Source: Phoronis australis (Eukaryota; Animalia; Phoronida). From it: DNA of 64,000 bases. Shown here piece after piece: positions 1 to 64,000 of this stretch. Location: contig NMRA01000481.1 in assembly GCA_002633005.1 (NCBI GenBank), positions 1 through 64,000 of the forward strand, given 5' to 3'. The notes below the pieces were generated by a model. It searched no databases. It was not told where the DNA came from and saw only the letters and a list, made by a program, of their open reading frames with translations. Numbering within the stretch: the stretch's first letter is position 1; each line of letters starts with the position of its first letter. The position numbers were made by a program, and so were the translations under genes.

Positions 1-329
1 GTTGCCAACCTCATATAAAGACACCAGCAAAATTCAATAAAGATTTTGTAGCACATTTAGGAGATACAGCCATTGGTGCACAAACAAACAAAACTGCCAC
101 TAAGAGATGACACAGTAGTCGAAGTCGTCGAAAATCATCGTCAGCCGCCCTCTTCACGGTAAAAAAATATATGCCAATTTTATATATCATCACTAAAACG
201 GTTTGGCTGACAGTAGTGCGGAGGCCAAAAGACTCCAAAACAGTAAAAATGGCCACTAAGTGGCGCAAAGTACCTTCAATCTGTCCAAAAATGGAAGAAA
301 GCTATCATCTCACCAACAGATGCCTAATT

Positions 330-1126
330 GCCAAAATAAAAGCACGAACTTTAAAATTAATGCGTAAGTAAATAACGACATTTTTATCCAATGTTTCGGT
401 TCATTACTCTAAACCATTGTCAAAGCAACAGTTTACAGATGCAAAACAGGCAACACAGGTAAAGAAGAGACTGTACAGGTACACATCAAAATGAATAGTG
501 AGGGGGAGAGACCAGAAATGAAAACAGTTGGAGCTCAAATGAACCATTGTTTCACATGAGGAAACGCTCAGCATGGTTCAACCGTATATGTATAGCCTCC
601 TTTATGAGGAGCCTGAGGGTGGCTTGATACTTGTCTAGGATCTGAATACAAGAGCAATCTATAGTGTGACCAGTTATCAAGGAATGATTGAGAACAGCAC
701 TGTGTGTGTCTTTACAGTGTTCTTTGACTCTGAGTCTGATGCCAAGAATCCTGTAAGTCATTCCAATGTAAATCTGTTCAGTCACTTCAGTTGAGTTGGT
801 AAACAACATGACTTCTTTGAGAATTACTCAACGGCGTTTTCAGACTCGACATTCACTTCATTAGCACTCGTCTGAGGAACAAGTTAATACCAGCTGTTTG
901 TTACCTAAAACCAACTAATGGTCAAGGCATGGTCTGCTTTCATTCCAGAATAACATACTGAAGATTGAACTCAACAACAAACAACGGACATTACGTCAAC
1001 TACTTAATCAATGTGAGAAATTACGTATGTTTCCTTGACAATGCTTCAGAGTAATACCGAAACATTGGGTAGATATCTCGTTATTTACTGACGCGCTAAT
1101 TTTAAAGTTCGTGCTTCTGTTCTGGC
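330..1126. mobile_element. Penelope-like retroelement remnant (GIY-YIG endonuclease fragment) with inverted terminal repeats
   Basis: Minus ORF 552-809 reads IYIGMT..R...R.KEH...SAVLNH...GHTID...IL...LLIKEAIHI, typical of the PLE GIY-YIG C-terminus. 330-430 and 1028-1126 form a ~100-bp imperfect inverted repeat. Plus-strand ~845-890 reads DIHFISTRLRNKLIP, resembling a PLE ORF N-terminus. Confidence 0.8.
390..423 (-). ncRNA. Minimal hammerhead-ribozyme-like core in Penelope terminus (second copy ~1035-1068 +)
   Basis: TTGACAA-t-GGTT-loop-AACC-GAAA-CATT: U3/A8 covariant of CUGAnGA, stem II, GAAA. Confidence 0.45.
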
Positions 1127-1399
1127 CTAAATCAAATGTGCCAAAATAAAATTTCATGAAAATCCTTGTAAGAAATCAGAAGATACAGCTGTAAGAGTAA
1201 AAGACTTGCTACTAGGGGACAAGCTGTTGTCGGAGAGGTCCAAAATTCGTCGTCATCTGTTGTCACCTTCAGAGGAAGATATCTGCCAAATCTCATGATG
1301 ATCCTTGGGGTTTAGGAGATACAGCTGCGGAGGCCGGAAACTGGACACTCAGAAAGAGATGACGGCAATATACGACCACATAAATATGCGGGTGCACAA

Positions 1400-4160
1400 C
1401 AAATGGACAGGATATATGGACTGATGGACTTTTGAAAAAATGGACGAATCCATACCGACTGGTGGCCTAATGAAAAAAATGGACAGGTCCGTATCGAGTG
1501 ATGGCCTAATGAAAATATCGGGCAGTTCCGTTTTGGCTGATTGGCTGTTGAAAAAATGGGCAGGTCTGTATGGACTGATAGCCTAATAAAAAAATGGGCA
1601 GGTCCGTATCGACTGATGGACTAATAAAAATGAACAGGTCCATATCGACTGATGACCTAATGAAAAAACGGGCAGGTCCGTATCGACTGATGGACTAATG
1701 AAAAAATGAACAGGTCCGTATCGACTGATGGACTAATGAAAAAATGGGCAGGTCCGTATCGACTGATGGACTAATGAAAAAATGGACAGGTCCATATCGA
1801 CTGATGGACTAATGAAAAAATGGACAGGTCCATATCGACTGATGGACTAATGAAAAAATGGGCAGGTCCATATCGACTGATGGACTAATGAAAAAATGGG
1901 CAGGTCCGTATCGACTGATGGACTAATGAAAAAATGGGCAGGTCCGTATCGACTGATGGACTAATGAAAAAATGGACAGGTCCGTATCGACTGATGGACT
2001 AATGAAAAAATGGGCAGGTTCGTATCGACTGATGGACTAATGAAAAAATGGACAGGTCCATATCGACTGATGGCCTAATGAAAAAATGGGCAGGTCCGTA
2101 TCGACTGATGGACTAATGAAAAAATAAACAGGTCCATATCGACTGATGACCTAATGAAAAAATGGACAGGTCCATATCGACTGATGGACTAATGAAAAAA
2201 TGGACAGGTCCATATCGACTGATGGACTAATGAAAAAATGGGCAGGTTCGTATCGACTGATGGACTAATGAAAAAATGGACAGGTCCATATCGACTGATG
2301 GACTAATGAAAAAATGGACAGGTCCATATCGACTGATGGACTAATGAAAAAATGGGCAGGTTCGTATCGACTGATGGACTAATAAAAAAATGGACAGGTT
2401 CATATCGACTGATAGCCAAATGAAAAATGGGCAGGTCTATATTGACTGATAGCCAAATGAAAAAATGAACAGGTCCGTATCAAGTGATGGCCTACTGAAA
2501 AATGGACAGGTCCGTACCGACTGATGGCATAAGGAATAAAAAGTGTAGGTCTGCTTAAACTAATGGCCTAATTTAAAATGGGCAGGTTCGCACAGTGGCC
2601 TAATGAAAAAATGGACAGGTCCTCTTATACTAATGGGCTAATGAAAAAATAGGCAGATCCGTATTGACTGATTGCTTACTGAAAAAATGGACAGGTCCGT
2701 ATTGACTAATGGTCTAATAAAAAAGGAGAGGTACATATCGACTGATGGCCTACTGAAAGATGGACAGGTCCGTATCGACTGATGGCATAATGAATAAATA
2801 GTGTAGGTCTGCATAAACTAAAAAATGTTCAGGTCCGTATTGACTGATGGTCTAATAAAAAGGCCAGGTCCATATCAACTGATGGCTTAATGAAAAAAAT
2901 TGGCAGGTACGTATCGACTGATGGACTAATGAAGAAATAGACAAGTATATATCGACTGATGGCCTAATGAAAAAATGGATAGGTCCGTATTGACTGATAA
3001 CCTAATAAATAAGGACAGGTCCATATCGACTGATGGCTTAATGAAAAAATTGGGAGGTCCGTATCGACTGATGTACTAATGAAAAAATGGACAGGTTCAT
3101 ATCGAGTGATGGCCTAATGAAAAAATGGGCAGGTTCGTATCGACTGATTGACTAATGAAAAAATGGACAGGTTCATATCGGCTGATAGCCAAATGAAAAA
3201 TGGGCAGGTCTATATTGACTGATGGCCAAATGAAAAAATGAACAGGTCCGTATCGACTGAGGGCCTACTGAAAAATGGACAGGTCCGTACCAACTGATGG
3301 CATAAGGAATAAAAAAGGTAGGTCTGCTTAAACTAATGGCCTAATTTAAAATGGGCAGGTTCGCACAGTGGCCTAATGAAAAAATTGACAGGTTCGTATC
3401 GACTGATTGACTAATGAAAAAATGGAAAGGTCCATATCGACTGATGGCCTAATAAAAATTTAGGCAGGTCAGTTTTGACTAATCGCCTATTGAAAAAATG
3501 GGCAGGTCCGTATCGACTGATGGCCTAATGAAAAAATGGGTATGTCCGTATAGACTGATTGCCTAACAAAAAATGGACAGGTCCGTATTGACTGATGGCC
3601 AATTGATAAAATGGGCAGGTCCGTATCGACTGACGACTTAAGAAAACAACAGCAATGCAGAGCGTTGAAATGCACCCACGTATACATCAAAAACGGTGCT
3701 GTTTCGAGTGTTTATTTGGAAATAAAAATGACGAGATGGTGCAAAATACGTCAAATACAACCGAAAACTGGTATGTGTCATGAGAGCTATCTACCAAATT
3801 TCATAAAAATACATCAAGGAACTTCTCCTTATCAATTGATGGCCTAATGAAAAAATGGGCAGTTCCGTTTTGACTAATGGCGTAATGAATAATGGGCAGG
3901 TCCCTATCGACTGATGGCCTAATGAAAAAATGGGCAGGTCTGTATTGACTGATGGCTTAATGAAAAAATGGACATGTCCGTATCGACTGATGGCCAAATG
4001 AAAAAATGGACAGGTCCATATCGTCTAATGGCCTAATGAAAAAATGGGCATGTCCGTATTGACTGAGTGCCTAATGAAATAATTGACAGGTCCATATCTA
4101 TTCATGGCCTAATGGAAAAATGGGCAGGCCTGTATCGACTGATGGCCCAATGAAAAAATT
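1400..4160. repeat. 38-bp tandem satellite array
   Basis: Unit GACTGATGGACTAATGAAAAAATGG(A/G)CAGGTCC(A/G)TATC (e.g. starts at 1761 and 1799). Homogeneous at ~1680-2380, degenerate at the edges, interrupted at ~3635-3835. Confidence 0.97.
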
Positions 4161-6127
4161 GGCAAAGGGTGCGATTCTAGGGGTCATCATTTAGCAAATA
4201 AAAATGGCCACTACATGGCGCTAAATATGTCGAATCCATCCGAAAACTGGTATGTGTCATCAAAGCTATATACCTAAATATCCATCAAGTAACTTCTGAA
4301 AAACCGAGGAAAAAGAAAAAATGAAATTGCCACTAAGAGGCTATAGGCACAAAAAACATAACACAGTATATGAAGCCATCGAAAGATCATCATCAGACTT
4401 CCTCTTCACATTAGGAACATACATTCCAGTTTCCACAACCATCCTTAGAGTGGTTTGGTGTACAGAGGGGCAGACGCCATAAAACAAGACTCGAAAACAG
4501 TAAAATTGGGCACTAGGTGGTGCAAAATACCACGAATCAAACCGAAATCTGGAGGATTGCTTCAACTCACTAACAGATACCAATTTACCAAATTTTATGA
4601 AAATCTGTTGAGGGCCTTTGAAGATACAGAGATCAATGTAATACACTAAAAGTGCCACACCAGTAGTAGATCCAACCGAAAGTCATGGTACTTTGTTATC
4701 AAGTACACTTGCTTAATTTAATAAAGATCCTGTGGAAGGTTTAGGAGATACAGCAATGGGCATAGAAAACTGCCAGTATAAGGCGGAACAGTTGTCAAGG
4801 TCGTCGGAAAATCATCGTCAGCCCTTCTCTTCAAATTATGAACACACATGCCAAATTGCACATCATCCTTAGAGTGGTTTGGTTCACAGAGGGCAGATGC
4901 AAAATAACAATACTCAAAAACAGTAAAAATGGCCACAAAATGCCTCGCATTCAACCAAATGGATAATAGCGTCACCTCACTAACAGAAGCCTATCTGCCA
5001 AATTTCATGAAAATCCACTGATAACCTTTGAAGATACAGAGGTAAACGTAAAAAAATAAAATTGGCACTAGGTGGCACACCACTAGGCCGATCCATCTGA
5101 TAGTCGATGTCCTTTGTAGTCAACGTCATGTAAATACACCAGCAAAATTCAATAAAGATCCTTTAGGGTGTTTAGGAGATACAGCCATGGGTGCAAAAAA
5201 CAAAATTGCCACTAGGAAGTACCACAGTAGTCCAAGTCATCAAAAAATCATCGTCACAGTAAGAACATACATGCCAATTTTCCAAATCATCCCTATAGCG
5301 GTTGGTTGATAGAAGGGCAGATGCCAAAAAACAGGAGATACAGCTGCAGAAGCCAGACGCCGGACGCTCAGACAGAGATGATGGCAGTATGCGACCCCAT
5401 ATAAATATAAAGAAATTTACACAAAGATAGACAGGTCTCTGAGTTTCCCGATTCCATGTTTAAAATTCTGGAGAATAGGTTCGTCATTGGTCTCCATGTT
5501 TACAAGTTTGAATTGTTCTTGCATTTTTTATGTGGTCGTCTGTTTAGTTCCAGAATTTAGGTGTTAGAAATCTAAAACTGTGCAGGCCATATTTTGTTGT
5601 AATATCGACGTTGAGAATAATGGTTTGAAACTGACACACTGGCTCGACTGACTGTATAGGAAGAGTACCCTTATCCAAGTACAACCGAAACACTTTCAAC
5701 AAGTGCTCCCACTTTAAAACCCAAATTCAAAAGATTGCGACGTTTTAGTCAAACCAAACAAACCACTTCAAAGCTTCAGCGTACGTTAACGACCCAGCAT
5801 TTAACCTAATTTTGTCTGGAAAAAAGGATATGATGTCATATCCTGTGGTGTGAGCAGTGTAGCAATGGCCAGATGTTGATTAGGCCAACTGAAAGAACAC
5901 GATGAAGGACTATTTGAAAAAAGTTTGATTGTGGGAATATGGGTTGTCAGAGCTGAGAAGAGTTAAAGACATTCATGGCTTCATAAGGTCTCCCTTTTTA
6001 TGCACAAAAGCTACTTATAGCAACATGAATTTGATGGTTTAAACAGTGTGAGGTATAATTCGCCGAAAAGCACCCGGCGTATGGAGGGCCTATGGGATGA
6101 CTACAGTACCGTCTCTTCTGAGACCAG

Positions 6128-6528
6128 GGACCGGTCTCCAATCTTTTTACTCGAAATGGAACTCGAAATTAGGTTTGGCATTTTCTACTCTACTTTTGGG
6201 CGAACTCAAGGCAAGTGTCTATTATCCTATGCTCGAGTACACAATAACTTGCGTAGATAATATGTTTCCCTTAGTTCACAGTTTGTAAACCCAATATTAA
6301 AGCAATAAGTTCGAGTTTGAACTTGAAATTTCGAGTTTTTACTCGAGTTTGTAGTAGGAATATTAGGGTCTTCAAAGGCAAACTTGAACTAGAAACTCCT
6401 ATGCATAAACTATAATGTATTCGAGCACAGTCTGATAACCAATTATCTTAAGTTCGCACAAAAGGAGCAGAGAAATTGCCAAAAATAATTTCGAGTTCGT
6501 TTCGAGTACAAAGATTAGAGACCGGGCC
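6128..6528. mobile_element. PIF/Harbinger-type MITE with long inverted arms
   Basis: Ends GGACCGGTCTCCAATCTTTTTACTCGAAA and TTTCGAGTACAAAGATTAGAGACCGGGCC; arms pair over >100 bp; CAG 3-bp duplication on both sides; partial related copy at ~21885-21965. Confidence 0.8.
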
Positions 6529-6727
6529 CAGTTGAGGTGAATAATACTGCCGACGTACTGTATACTGACTGCGGTGGAAGTACACTGCCTACGAGCTTGC
6601 TGGCTATTTTCCACCATACAGCATAAATTAACCGGTATCTGTAATGCAGTACGTTATATTATTTATGCTTAGACTAAAAAATAAACAAGGCGATAACCAA
6701 TTTTTTTGCTAAATGAAAAATATCTAC

Positions 6728-6768
6728 CTTCCAAAAATCGGCAACAAACACTTCAAGGAGGTCGCCAT
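6728..6768 (-). CDS. Candidate first coding exon of a divergent (head-to-head) gene
   Basis: caaacATGGCG start, MATSLKCLLPIFG(R/S), then AAG|GTAGAT donor followed by AT-rich sequence; no second exon confidently found. Confidence 0.3.
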
Positions 6769-6830
6769 GTTTGTTTCCCACAATGCTATGCGCCTAATAT
6801 TCGCGCCAAATCCGAAGAACTTCCTGTTTT
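6760..6830 (+). promoter_or_regulatory. POLE proximal promoter with E2F, YY1-like and Ets-like sites
   Basis: TTCGCGCCAAA at 6800-6810 (TTTGGCGCGAA on minus, E2F consensus TTTSSCGC), CGCCATGTT at 6763-6771 and ACTTCCTG at ~6819-6826, all within 100 bp of the ATG. E2F control is established for replication genes. Confidence 0.6.
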
Positions 6831-6860
6831 CCACTCAATGAGATGAGCTGACAACCCAAA

Positions 6861-63994
<57,134 letters not shown>

Positions 63995-64000
63995 GTAAGT

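Larger units (their letters stand above)
1..5405. mobile_element. Composite non-autonomous repeat (Helentron/DINE-1-like) hosting the satellite and the Penelope insertion
   Basis: Diverged modules recur: 20-330 resembles 5135-5335 and 4715-5000; 1310-1385 resembles 5335-5405. Recurrent motifs TTTAGGAGATACAGC, AAAATCATCGTC and GCCAAATTTCATG, with a short hairpin near 1373-1392. Family assignment is inference. Confidence 0.5.

Noticed and set aside
1400-4160. CRISPR-like array (38-bp periodicity)
   Set aside because: Units are head-to-tail with no unique spacers, there are no cas genes, and the context is eukaryotic; it is a satellite.

Overview
Eukaryotic genomic window, most likely from a non-vertebrate animal (the repeat landscape suggests a lophotrochozoan such as a mollusc; this is inference). 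It is dominated by one long + strand gene, the catalytic subunit of DNA polymerase epsilon (POLE). I traced it by hand through 47 GT-AG exons from ATG 6861 to the first CysA zinc-finger exon at 63915-63994; the gene continues past the window. Exonuclease and polymerase motifs are intact. An intact single-coding-exon class A GPCR with melatonin-receptor-like signatures is nested antisense in a POLE intron (37851-38864). One POLE exon occurs twice inside a ~2.2 kb tandem duplication joined at a single N (33128), most probably an uncollapsed-haplotype assembly artefact. Upstream of POLE lie a 38-bp satellite inside a composite repeat, a Penelope-like GIY-YIG fragment with inverted termini carrying hammerhead-like cores, a Harbinger-type MITE, an E2F-site promoter and a possible head-to-head first exon. 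The introns carry a 4.3 kb TA-flanked DNA transposon, several MITEs, two tRNA-derived SINEs and minisatellites. I found no convincing new multi-gene system. The best leads are the nested GPCR, the compact bidirectional-promoter candidate and the ribozyme-like Penelope termini.
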